64,000 nt of DNA from positions 9,042 to 73,041 of the forward strand of contig JAOUMJ010000005.1 in assembly GCA_029881495.1 (NCBI GenBank), in the 5' to 3' direction. The notes below the pieces were generated by a model. The model searched no databases and was not told the DNA's origin. It saw only the letters and a list, made by a program, of their open reading frames with translations. Below, in pieces: positions 52,436 through 61,141 of this stretch. Both the position numbers and the translations under genes were made by a program. Source of the stretch: Nitrospinota bacterium (GTDB lineage Bacteria > Nitrospinota_A > UBA7883 > JACRGQ01). Numbering within the stretch: position 1 is the first letter of the stretch; every line of letters begins with the position of its first letter.

Positions 52436-53374
52436 ATGAAAAAATCAAATGTGTTCTACAGGTTCTTGACGTTGGCTATTGCCTGCATGTTTCTTTCAAT
52501 TGCCGGCACGGCTGATGCGCGCGAATATATCGGACCGGAGCCTTGCAAAGGGTGCCATGCCGATTATTATGAAGCGTTCGCAAAAACAAAAATGGGGAGG
52601 CTTTTCATAAACAATCCCCAGGATGAGCTCCAGGCGAGGGTGTGTGAAACATGCCACGGCCCCGGCAGCGACCACGTTGCGTCATGGGAAGAGGTTGACG
52701 AGCTTGACCTTACAACAATAATTTCATTTAAAAAACATTCACTTAATTCAGTAGCAGAGAGAAACGAGATGTGTCTACACTGCCACGAGGGTGATTACAA
52801 CAGAACGTCATGGGTGGGAAGCACTCACGAGAGCCAGAATGTATCTTGTGCAGACTGTCACAGGGTCATGAACAAGATCTCGGACGATAAGTCACTTATC
52901 AAGGAAAGGCAGATGGATGTCTGCTTCCAGTGCCACCAGCAGAAAAAGGCTCAGCTTCAGAGAAATTCCCATATGCCCATAAGGGAAGGGAAGCTCGTTT
53001 GCGCGGATTGTCATAACCCGCACGGCGGACAGGGTCCTACGCTCCTCAAGGAAGCAAACGTGAACAACACCTGCTACCAGTGCCATCAGGAGAAGCGCGG
53101 TCCTCTGGTTTGGGAGCACGCTCCAGTTAGGGAAAATTGTGCGAACTGCCACGAGCCGCACGGTTCAAACTACCCGAACCTCCTTAAGGTAAAATCGAAT
53201 TTCCTTTGCCAATCGTGTCACGCTTCGGCTCTTCACGCCAGCGAACTCTATGACGGTAGCAGGTTGGCCGATGGAACGGCTCCATCAGGCAGGATCATCG
53301 GAAAATTCTGCACTAGCTGCCATTCCAAAATTCACGGTTCAAACCACCCCTCCGGGGCAAGGTTCCAAAGGTAA
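52436..53374 (+). CDS. Periplasmic decahaem c-type cytochrome, MtrA/DmsE family
   Basis: Signal peptide MKKSNVFYRFLTLAIACMFLSIAGTADA. Ten CxxCH motifs counted: CKGCH, CETCH, CLHCH, CADCH, CFQCH, CADCH, CYQCH, CANCH, CQSCH, CTSCH. Start moved from 52316. Confidence 0.85.
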   Translation: MKKSNVFYRFLTLAIACMFLSIAGTADAREYIGPEPCKGCHADYYEAFAKTKMGRLFINNPQDELQARVCETCHGPGSDHVASWEEVDELDLTTIISFKKHSLNSVAERNEMCLHCHEGDYNRTSWVGSTHESQNVSCADCHRVMNKISDDKSLIKERQMDVCFQCHQQKKAQLQRNSHMPIREGKLVCADCHNPHGGQGPTLLKEANVNNTCYQCHQEKRGPLVWEHAPVRENCANCHEPHGSNYPNLLKVKSNFLCQSCHASALHASELYDGSRLADGTAPSGRIIGKFCTSCHSKIHGSNHPSGARFQR

Positions 53375-53386
53375 AGGGGGGCGGAC

Positions 53387-55699
53387 ATGTATAAAGGGAA
53401 TGAGAAAAATATGATTCTGGAAGTTTCAAAGAGATTTATAGTTCTGTTCTTCTTCCTGTTCGCGATAGCGGCCCTCCCGGCTGTATCGATGGCACAGGAA
53501 GAAGATGCCGCAGAGGAAGAGGTAGTGGCAGATGAAGAAGCCGATGCCGAAGAAGATACTGAGGAAGAAGCAGACGCCGAGGAAGAAGATGAATACGACC
53601 TTGAGCCGGTACTAGATATCCATGTGATGGCCGGCGGCGACCTGGTATCGATAGACGCACCCTCTTACAAGTTCGGCGAATACAACGGCGTTACCGAAGA
53701 GGGATTTCATCCAAACGCGGAATTCAAACTGATAAAGGAAAACAGGGGCTTTTACATAGACCTCAGGGGGAAGGACCTCCTTCTGCATAACAGGCGGGTA
53801 TACCTCGAACTGGGTCAGGCCTGGAAGTACAGCTTTTTCGTGCGCTATGACCAGACTCCTCACATGATCTCCAACAACAGCAAGACGTTTCATGCAGGGG
53901 AAGGGACGAATGCGTTGACTCTTCCGGCTTCATATACAAGGGGGACCGACCCCTCGGACGTAGCGACCGCGTTGGCGGGATCAATTGCGGACGCGAATCT
54001 GGAGCTTGGCAGGGACGACATGCAGTACGGCTTCAGCGTTCCCTGGAAAAAACTGAGGCTCGATTTTACCGCTAGGTCTGAAACCAAGAAGGGTACACAG
54101 TCACTCGGTTCCGTTGTCGGTAGCTGGGCTCCCGACAGAAGGGGCATAGACCTCCCGATGCCTATCGATTACAAAACAGATGAAATGACCACGACTATCG
54201 GCTACCAGAGCAAAATGGCAAACGTAAGGGTCAGCATGTTCTCGTCGAACTTCACGAATAACAACACGACGCTTACATGGGATAACCCTTTCAGTGTCGG
54301 ACCTGATACGGCGGTAACAGCGCTTGATCCGAACAATACCGCCACGAGGACGAACATCTCGGCCGGGTTGAGGCTTCCAGGAACTACAAGGGTTTCGCTT
54401 ATTTATGAAACAGGGGTAATGAAGCAGGATGAAACCCTTCTTCCATACTCGAACAACTCGGACCAGACCGATATAACAGCGGCGCTTCCGAGGTCCACGG
54501 CAGAAGCTGAGATCGATACCACGACGATGATCCTGAGCGCTTCGACAAGGCCGATTACCCCTCTTACACTGGCGCTTCGCTACAAGTCTTACACCACTGA
54601 GAACAAGACCACCAAGAGCCTTTTCCAGTATGTAAGGAACGACGGAACCGACCAGGCATCTGTAACTGACAGCTGGGCGCTGTACAACCTTCCTTATGAC
54701 TACACCCAGAGCAAGATGGACATGGATGTTACCTACAACATCTTCAGCAGGACTAACCTAAAGCTCTCATACATCACCGATGGAATGGAGAGGACGAACA
54801 GGGAGATCAAGAAGACAACTGAAACCACTTTGAAGGCAGGTCTCAATTCCCAGTTCGGTACTAACGATTTCCTGAGGCTGAACTACGCATCTTCCAGCAG
54901 GAAAGCCGACGACGCCTACAACACGGCGAATGTCTACAACGCGGTTCACACGTCACAGTACATCGCGACACAGTCCGATTACTTCGACAACAACCCGCTC
55001 ATGAGGAAATTCGACATTGCCGACAGGGACAGGACGAAGTACGGCGCGAAGGTTATCCTCAATCCGATAGAGATCGCAACGGTCGGATTCTTCTATAACT
55101 TCTGGGCGGACGACTACGCCAGCTCGGAACTCGGCCTGAAGAGCACCGAGAACCAGCAGTACTCGGTCGACTTCGCTGTACTCCCAACGGAGGAGATAAC
55201 CCTTACCGCGTTCTACTCCACAGAGGAGAACAAGGCGGCACAGGCTAGCAGGTACATACTTGATGCCCTGAAAGGTGCGCAGTACAACGATGTAACGAGG
55301 GACTGGAACGCGAACCATTACGACCTCGTTCCGACGCTCGGGTTTGGCGCCCGCATGAAGCTTATGGGCGAAAAGCTGGAGCTTGATTTCAACTACACTA
55401 CGACGACTTCGACTACCTCGATCCAGATCGGGGCAGGCTCGGAGCACATGGTGCCGACACAGCTCCCGGACCTGACAACGAGCCTCACCTCATACGAACT
55501 TGTTGCGAAATACGGCTTGACCGATTCGCTTTCCCTCGGTGTTGGATACAAGAACGAGGAATTCAAGTCGGAGGATTGGGCGACCAAGGGGATAGACCCG
55601 CTTTCGGGTATCATGCCTCAGGTATTGACAATGACGGGTTCAACGCCTGATTATCAGGGGAGCCTAATTCTGTTGACCGTTAACTATGCGAGCTTTTAA
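53387..55699 (+). CDS. MtrB/PioB-type outer-membrane beta-barrel
   Basis: 770 aa with a signal peptide and an acidic low-complexity N-terminus. Alternating beta-strand pattern throughout, and a C-terminal ...VNYASF (terminal Phe). Directly follows the MtrA-like gene. Confidence 0.75.
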   Translation: MYKGNEKNMILEVSKRFIVLFFFLFAIAALPAVSMAQEEDAAEEEVVADEEADAEEDTEEEADAEEEDEYDLEPVLDIHVMAGGDLVSIDAPSYKFGEYNGVTEEGFHPNAEFKLIKENRGFYIDLRGKDLLLHNRRVYLELGQAWKYSFFVRYDQTPHMISNNSKTFHAGEGTNALTLPASYTRGTDPSDVATALAGSIADANLELGRDDMQYGFSVPWKKLRLDFTARSETKKGTQSLGSVVGSWAPDRRGIDLPMPIDYKTDEMTTTIGYQSKMANVRVSMFSSNFTNNNTTLTWDNPFSVGPDTAVTALDPNNTATRTNISAGLRLPGTTRVSLIYETGVMKQDETLLPYSNNSDQTDITAALPRSTAEAEIDTTTMILSASTRPITPLTLALRYKSYTTENKTTKSLFQYVRNDGTDQASVTDSWALYNLPYDYTQSKMDMDVTYNIFSRTNLKLSYITDGMERTNREIKKTTETTLKAGLNSQFGTNDFLRLNYASSSRKADDAYNTANVYNAVHTSQYIATQSDYFDNNPLMRKFDIADRDRTKYGAKVILNPIEIATVGFFYNFWADDYASSELGLKSTENQQYSVDFAVLPTEEITLTAFYSTEENKAAQASRYILDALKGAQYNDVTRDWNANHYDLVPTLGFGARMKLMGEKLELDFNYTTTTSTTSIQIGAGSEHMVPTQLPDLTTSLTSYELVAKYGLTDSLSLGVGYKNEEFKSEDWATKGIDPLSGIMPQVLTMTGSTPDYQGSLILLTVNYASF

Positions 55700-55701
55700 C
55701 C

Positions 55702-58479
55702 ATGAAAAATATATTTAATGCAGAGGCGGGTGTAAAACCCGTCCATAAAAAAGAAGAGGTAACATTGCGAAATAAAACTGTCTACCGATTTTTGTCCTGT
55801 TTGTTCGCGCTTTCGCTTGCGGTTACATATACGGGCTGTTCGCTCGGCGAGGACGACCTCGCAACAGGCGGAAACACTAATGTGGCTGCAGGTACCAATG
55901 CGGACGGTTCTGTAACTGCGACAGATTATGTAGTCACCGCGAGCGCTACAGAGACAAGCGTGGCCCCTGAGGGAACAGTCACCCTGAGCGCCTCTATTTC
56001 ACCATCTGCTACAGGCGTTACATATTCCTGGGAGCAGATCGGGAGCAGTATCTCCACTATCACAAATGGTACAACCGCAAACGCGACTGCGACCCTTGTG
56101 GCGGCCAACGACGCGACATACATGGCCCACCTCGCCAGCAAGGTATTTGATACCGGCGCGGCAAAAGACGGCAACCTCCAGTCGGACAGGACCGGAGTTG
56201 TTCCGGTGAACAATGCATCAAAATCGGCAACCTTCAGGGTTACCGCCACGGTTGGTACGGATACCTACTCCTCAGTTGTGAACGTGCCGATCACATACAC
56301 CGGTCTTACGAAACCGGAAGTATCCACCGGCTTGATGACGGTTCCGCTTGGCCTTCCTGTAGTGCTCCACGCCAAGACCCAGGCAACCGCTTACAGCTGG
56401 TCCATTACTCCACCGGCCGGGTCGACGACGGCGACATTGTCCGCGACCGACAAACAAGACACGACATTCACGCCCGATGTCGTCGGTATTTATACGGTAA
56501 CAGCCCCGGATGCAACAACTTTTAAAGTTTACGGGAGTGATTTCAGCAGAGGATTCATCGGAGGCTGGTACAAGGCTCTATCTTCACAGGGTATAAAGAT
56601 CACTGATGTTGTTACAGCCACATCGGGCAAGGCTACCTTGAGCTACAAAAAGAAAACCCAAGAGCTTACCTACACCGCCCCGGGAGACACCGCGGCAGGC
56701 ACGGCAGTTTCAGTTGCCGCAGACGGCACTTATACCGTCAGGTCTGGTGGCACCGACGGCACAGACAGTACGACCGAATATATTTCGGTAACCGTAGCAA
56801 CCAGCGATACCGTCGTTCTTCCAACATACGATCTGCTCGATGTGATCACGATTAATCCTGATGGAACCTGGTACGATAACGACGGCGCTCCTGATGCTAC
56901 TTGTGAAGGTTGCCATGGCGTTTCGTCTGCTGGGGTTAATGGAGCAATTTGGAAAAATACAGGTCATTCAAGGACACTTGAACAACTGATGGAAACTCCT
57001 AGCAAAATAACCGGGGAGTGCCTCTCATGTCACACCCTCGGCTACAACACCACTGCGGCAAACAACGGATTTGACGATACGGCCGGAACAACCGACATTG
57101 CGACGATAGCAGACTGGGATACCTTGAAAACCGACAATACTGCCATTGCGAAGCAGGGGGGCGTTCAGTGCGAGAATTGCCATGGACCATCTCCAAATCA
57201 AGATGCCGCTATGTATTCAATGAGCGAGAAGAGCAACGGCCTCAACATCTGGCGCGTAAGCTACTCGGCTGACCTCTGCGGAAACTGCCACTCAGAGCCG
57301 AACGGCGGAAGGGTTCAGCAGTGGAAGAGGAGCAGGCACGCAAAATACACGAATGCGGTAGCCGCCGCGGTCGAGAATGCTGGAAATTCCGGCGCAGATG
57401 CTGCGGACTGCGCGAGGTGCCATACCTCTCAGGGTTACCTGAAGTGGCTTAAGCAGAATACGAATGCGACAACAGGCGCGATTGCTACCTTGGATAACAA
57501 TATCTTGGGAGTAGATGGCGTGACGGCCGCAACGGTGACCGAACTGACGAATTACGGCATTACGGAGGCTGGAGCGCATCCACAGACTTGTCAGACATGT
57601 CACAATCCTCACGACCCGGGCTTCAAGACAGGTCTTGGCACACACAATGTTAAAACGAGGATCATGGACAACTCGCCGATCCTTCCTGCGGGTTACTCCG
57701 TTTCGGATTTCGGATACGGCGCGCTCTGCGTAACATGCCACAACACCGCGCACGGTCAGCATGATGATAGCGCTACATCAAACGACTTCGCGGCGCCTCA
57801 CCATGGCGCGCAAGGCGATATCTATGTCGGCAAGAACGCATTCTTCGTGACGACTGGAACGACCGCTGCTCATGCCAATACGACAATGTTCCCGGATACA
57901 TGCGCGGTCTGCCATATGGAGATGACAGGCGCCCCGGACGATCTGAAGGCATCGGCTACCTCCACCTCGACTACGGCAAGCACGAACCACAAGTTCGTGG
58001 CAAGCAAGAGGATATGCACCTCGCACCATGTCCATACGGCAAATCCGTATGAAAATCTAGTGGACGATACTAAAACGAAGCTGACTACGCTGTCATCGTC
58101 ACTTGGAAGCAAGGTGAAAACCGCGATGGGTTCGGCATCGACCATAACCGACTACTACGATTCGACAGCAGGCACATGTACGGCGGCAACCGGCACGCCG
58201 GTAACGCTTACTGCGGCTGTTGATGCGGCTGTACCGGTAAGGGTTGGAGAGAAGCAGGGCTACAAACTTACAGTAGGCGCGAACACCTACTGCAGCAAGC
58301 TTGAGGACATTAAGGTCAGCGGCACCGCGATATACACGGCAGACAACGACGTCGTGAAGGCGGGGTGGAACTACTTCCTTGTAGGGACTGCGAACGCGGA
58401 CGGCGAGTACTACCAGGGTGTGCATAACCCCGGTTTCGTGAGAAATGTGCTGGATGCTTCGATAGCAAAATTGAAGTAG
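55702..58479 (+). CDS. Large multihaem (8 x CxxCH) lipoprotein, candidate cell-surface cytochrome
   Basis: Lipobox AVTYTGCS. Thr/Ala/Ser-rich Ig-like N-terminal half. CxxCH motifs: CEGCH, CLSCH, CENCH, CGNCH, CARCH, CQTCH, CVTCH, CAVCH. Confidence 0.8.
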   Translation: MKNIFNAEAGVKPVHKKEEVTLRNKTVYRFLSCLFALSLAVTYTGCSLGEDDLATGGNTNVAAGTNADGSVTATDYVVTASATETSVAPEGTVTLSASISPSATGVTYSWEQIGSSISTITNGTTANATATLVAANDATYMAHLASKVFDTGAAKDGNLQSDRTGVVPVNNASKSATFRVTATVGTDTYSSVVNVPITYTGLTKPEVSTGLMTVPLGLPVVLHAKTQATAYSWSITPPAGSTTATLSATDKQDTTFTPDVVGIYTVTAPDATTFKVYGSDFSRGFIGGWYKALSSQGIKITDVVTATSGKATLSYKKKTQELTYTAPGDTAAGTAVSVAADGTYTVRSGGTDGTDSTTEYISVTVATSDTVVLPTYDLLDVITINPDGTWYDNDGAPDATCEGCHGVSSAGVNGAIWKNTGHSRTLEQLMETPSKITGECLSCHTLGYNTTAANNGFDDTAGTTDIATIADWDTLKTDNTAIAKQGGVQCENCHGPSPNQDAAMYSMSEKSNGLNIWRVSYSADLCGNCHSEPNGGRVQQWKRSRHAKYTNAVAAAVENAGNSGADAADCARCHTSQGYLKWLKQNTNATTGAIATLDNNILGVDGVTAATVTELTNYGITEAGAHPQTCQTCHNPHDPGFKTGLGTHNVKTRIMDNSPILPAGYSVSDFGYGALCVTCHNTAHGQHDDSATSNDFAAPHHGAQGDIYVGKNAFFVTTGTTAAHANTTMFPDTCAVCHMEMTGAPDDLKASATSTSTTASTNHKFVASKRICTSHHVHTANPYENLVDDTKTKLTTLSSSLGSKVKTAMGSASTITDYYDSTAGTCTAATGTPVTLTAAVDAAVPVRVGEKQGYKLTVGANTYCSKLEDIKVSGTAIYTADNDVVKAGWNYFLVGTANADGEYYQGVHNPGFVRNVLDASIAKLK

Positions 58480-58515
58480 CTTTAGTTTAGTTAAGACGCA
58501 AAAGGATTTGGCAGC

Positions 58516-59385
58516 ATGTTAGACAGCACGATTTGCGTTGCAGGTCATTCAAATGTGGCCAGGCTCATCAAGAGCCTGGCCATTCTTTCCCTTCTCGTTT
58601 CCACAGGCTGTAATAAGGTGGAGAGACCGGCCTCGATACCCGATGGCAAGGTTGTCGCAACAGTAAACGGCGCTTCGATAATCGCTGAGGAGATTGGCGG
58701 GTTTCACCAGGATGCCAAGAGCGGTTCCGTACAAAAGCAGGTAGAAAAGCTGGTTGAGGAGGAGCTTCTCGCGCAAAAGGCTGTAAGACTAGGCCTTGAC
58801 AAGGATCCGGGATACTTGAAAAAGCTGCGCATGATCGAGGTGAACAACAAGGTCTTCAAAAGGGCCGAGCTTGCGTCGCTGGCAATTCAGTCGGAATCAT
58901 CGAAAATTTCTGTCACACCTGAAGAGATGAAGAAATACTATGACGAAAACTCCGCAATGTTCAGGAATGAACTCCATATAGGGAGGCTGGTTTTCGTGGA
59001 CGAGAAAATGGCCGGAGGCGCTCATGCAAAACTGAAAGCGGGGGCATCTTTTGAGGAGATGGCGGAAACGAACAGCAAACATATGGCAATGGCCGGGCAT
59101 GGCCAGAAGCAGATATGGGATATGGGTTTTCTCGACTGGAAGAAGATTCCGGAAAAATGGCGCGGTGAATTTTTTACCCTGGAAGCAGGGGGGATCAGCT
59201 CCGTGATGCCGGCAGGAACATCATGGCAGATAATCAAGGTCATTGAAAAAAGGGAGAACCCGATCTCCGATTTCGCGAATCTTAAAGGGGAGATCGAAAA
59301 TCTTATCAGGGAAAAGAAAGAGAAGGCGCTGTACAATGCCCTTGTAGAAGAGCTGAAAAAGGGAGCCAAAATATCCATAAAATAG
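58516..59385 (+). CDS. PpiC/parvulin-type peptidyl-prolyl isomerase lipoprotein (PrsA/SurA-like)
   Basis: LLVSTGC lipobox. Layout is SurA-N-like helices followed by a rotamase-like segment. Confidence 0.6.
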   Translation: MLDSTICVAGHSNVARLIKSLAILSLLVSTGCNKVERPASIPDGKVVATVNGASIIAEEIGGFHQDAKSGSVQKQVEKLVEEELLAQKAVRLGLDKDPGYLKKLRMIEVNNKVFKRAELASLAIQSESSKISVTPEEMKKYYDENSAMFRNELHIGRLVFVDEKMAGGAHAKLKAGASFEEMAETNSKHMAMAGHGQKQIWDMGFLDWKKIPEKWRGEFFTLEAGGISSVMPAGTSWQIIKVIEKRENPISDFANLKGEIENLIREKKEKALYNALVEELKKGAKISIK

Positions 59386-59568
59386 CAGTGCGAAAAGAAA
59401 TTCCCGGAGCGCAGATTTCCAGGAAAATATCTCTTCTGGAAATCTCTCTTTGTCCGCTAACTTGTTGAATAGTATGTGGTTGCCCGCCAATTACGATAGC
59501 GTGATATCAACTCCCCGGCTCTGGCAATTCTGTTAGGGCATTCTCCTCGGCACAGCCAAAAAAAACTT

Positions 59569-59597
59569 TTGACAAAATAATCGGGTTCTTGTAAGAT
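59569..59597 (+). promoter_or_regulatory. Candidate sigma70 promoter
   Basis: TTGACA-17 nt-TAAGAT, 245 nt upstream of 59843. Confidence 0.4.
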
Positions 59598-59842
59598 TTC
59601 GGAACGGTTTAGTAGTAGTTTAAAAACGCCGAATTTAAAGGGGGAGTTGGATACGATGGGTTTCGAAATCCTCAATATCTCATCCAACTGGCGCTTTATT
59701 TGGCAATTACAGTTAATGGTCAAAAAAAATAACTACTGAAAGGGGGGTGGTTCAGGAAATATTCAGTTGATGTAAATCAGGCATCACGATTAAGGCATAA
59801 TTAGTTCACATAAAAATTTGTAAAAAAAGGGGATTTAACATA

Positions 59843-60961
59843 ATGAAGAAATTTTTTCTTTTTGCTCTCATGCTGGGGCTGACTGTCAGCCTGACAGCTT
59901 GCGGCTCAGACGGCGCGGATGGTGCTGCTGGCCTTAAAGGCGACACCGGGGACACCGGCGACACCGGTCCTACCGGTCCTACGGGTCCTGGCGCTGGTCT
60001 TTACGACTTCAAAAAAGACGTACTTCCGCTCTTCACGACTGCCGGGTCTTTCTACTCTGGAAGCCAGGCATGTAACGGAGCATCTTGCCATGACGGCACT
60101 GCCCATGAATTTGATATGAGCTCGTACAACAGCCTTATCGCCGGCGCCGACGGCAAATTTGTTTCCGTCCTGGGCCAGAAGGATTCAGGAGGCTCCTACG
60201 GCGGAGACGGCTCCGCGCAGCACCCGTCCTTGAACGGCGTAAATTGGGACAAAAGCAAAATGAAGGAGCGTCTCAGGAACAACAGAATGCCGCCGGGCTG
60301 GGCGTTTGGTGGTAACGACGAAACGAACCGCGATACCCTAGAGATTAAAGCACTTGAGTTATGGGTGAAAGGCGGCGCGCTTGAGACTGAAGTAGCGAAT
60401 ACTACCATCGGATGGGATACGCCTCTTGCTTCGATTAAAAAGGATAATGCTGACGGCACATACGGCATTACAGCCACACATACAGTCGCGCAGACTTGGC
60501 AGTTAACTACCGGCACACCAACTATCGAGAGCCTCTTCACGGCTGCCGGCGCTTTCTTCTCGGGAAGCCAGGCATGTAACGCATCATCTTGCCATGACGG
60601 CACTGCTCATGAATTGGATCTGTCCACGTATGCCGGCCTCATAGCAGGCGCGGACGGCAAGGGGGTTTCCATCCTTGGCCAGAAAGACACCATAGCAGCA
60701 TATGGTTATTATGGCAATGCTGGATCGGCCACTACCCCGACAGCGCCTGGCACGGGTCTCGCGACAGACACAAACTGGAGCAAATCGAAGATCAGGGAGC
60801 GCCTCAGGAACAACAGAATGCCGCCGAACTGGACGTTTGGTGGTAACGACGAATCGAACCGCGACACCCCAGAGATCAACCTCATAGGGGCATGGATTAA
60901 AGCGGGCGCATTGGAGAATGTTCCGTTCCTTTGTTCGGGAACTTGTCCTGATCCTAAGTAA
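59843..60961 (+). CDS. Lipoprotein with a collagen-like GXY tract and two tandem PSCyt1-like (cytochrome-c-like) domains
   Basis: LTAC lipobox. GADGAAGLKGDTGDTGDTGPTGPTGPG. Duplicated module ...SGSQACN(G/A)SCHDGTAHE(F/L)D.S.Y..LIAGADGK.VS(V/I)LGQKD...NW.KSK..ERLRNNRMPP.W.FGGNDE.NRDT.EI......W(V/I)K(G/A)GALE. Confidence 0.65.
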   Translation: MKKFFLFALMLGLTVSLTACGSDGADGAAGLKGDTGDTGDTGPTGPTGPGAGLYDFKKDVLPLFTTAGSFYSGSQACNGASCHDGTAHEFDMSSYNSLIAGADGKFVSVLGQKDSGGSYGGDGSAQHPSLNGVNWDKSKMKERLRNNRMPPGWAFGGNDETNRDTLEIKALELWVKGGALETEVANTTIGWDTPLASIKKDNADGTYGITATHTVAQTWQLTTGTPTIESLFTAAGAFFSGSQACNASSCHDGTAHELDLSTYAGLIAGADGKGVSILGQKDTIAAYGYYGNAGSATTPTAPGTGLATDTNWSKSKIRERLRNNRMPPNWTFGGNDESNRDTPEINLIGAWIKAGALENVPFLCSGTCPDPK

Positions 60962-60974
60962 CGGTTTACTTGCT

Positions 60975-61095
60975 GGAAGTTCATAAAACTTCCTTTGGCG
61001 CGGGTTCTTTAACCCGCGCCAAGGGAGGGTTTCAAACCCTCCCCTACCGGGTAAATCCGGCCCCCTCCCTGAAAAAGGGGGGGGGCTTTTTTTTT
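60975..61095 (+). terminator. Array of four consecutive hairpins ending in a U-tract terminator
   Basis: GGAAGTT-cataa-AACTTCC (60975-60993). TTGGCGCGGGTT-cttt-AACCCGCGCCAA (60995-61022). GGGAGGGTTT-caa-AAACCCTCCC overlapping. CCCCCTCCC-tgaaaaa-GGGGGGGGG followed by T9 (61060-61095). Confidence 0.6.
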
Positions 61096-61141
61096 AACCT
61101 TACAGGAACCAAAATATTTTACGGGTGGCAGGCGGTATAGA

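Noticed and set aside
59688-59705. A sigma54 promoter (TGGCGC-N5-TTGGC) upstream of 59843, suggested by the two nearby sigma54 activators
   Set aside because: The GG-to-GC spacing is one nucleotide longer than the consensus TGGCAC-N5-TTGC, and the -12 element reads TTGG. This is too weak to call.
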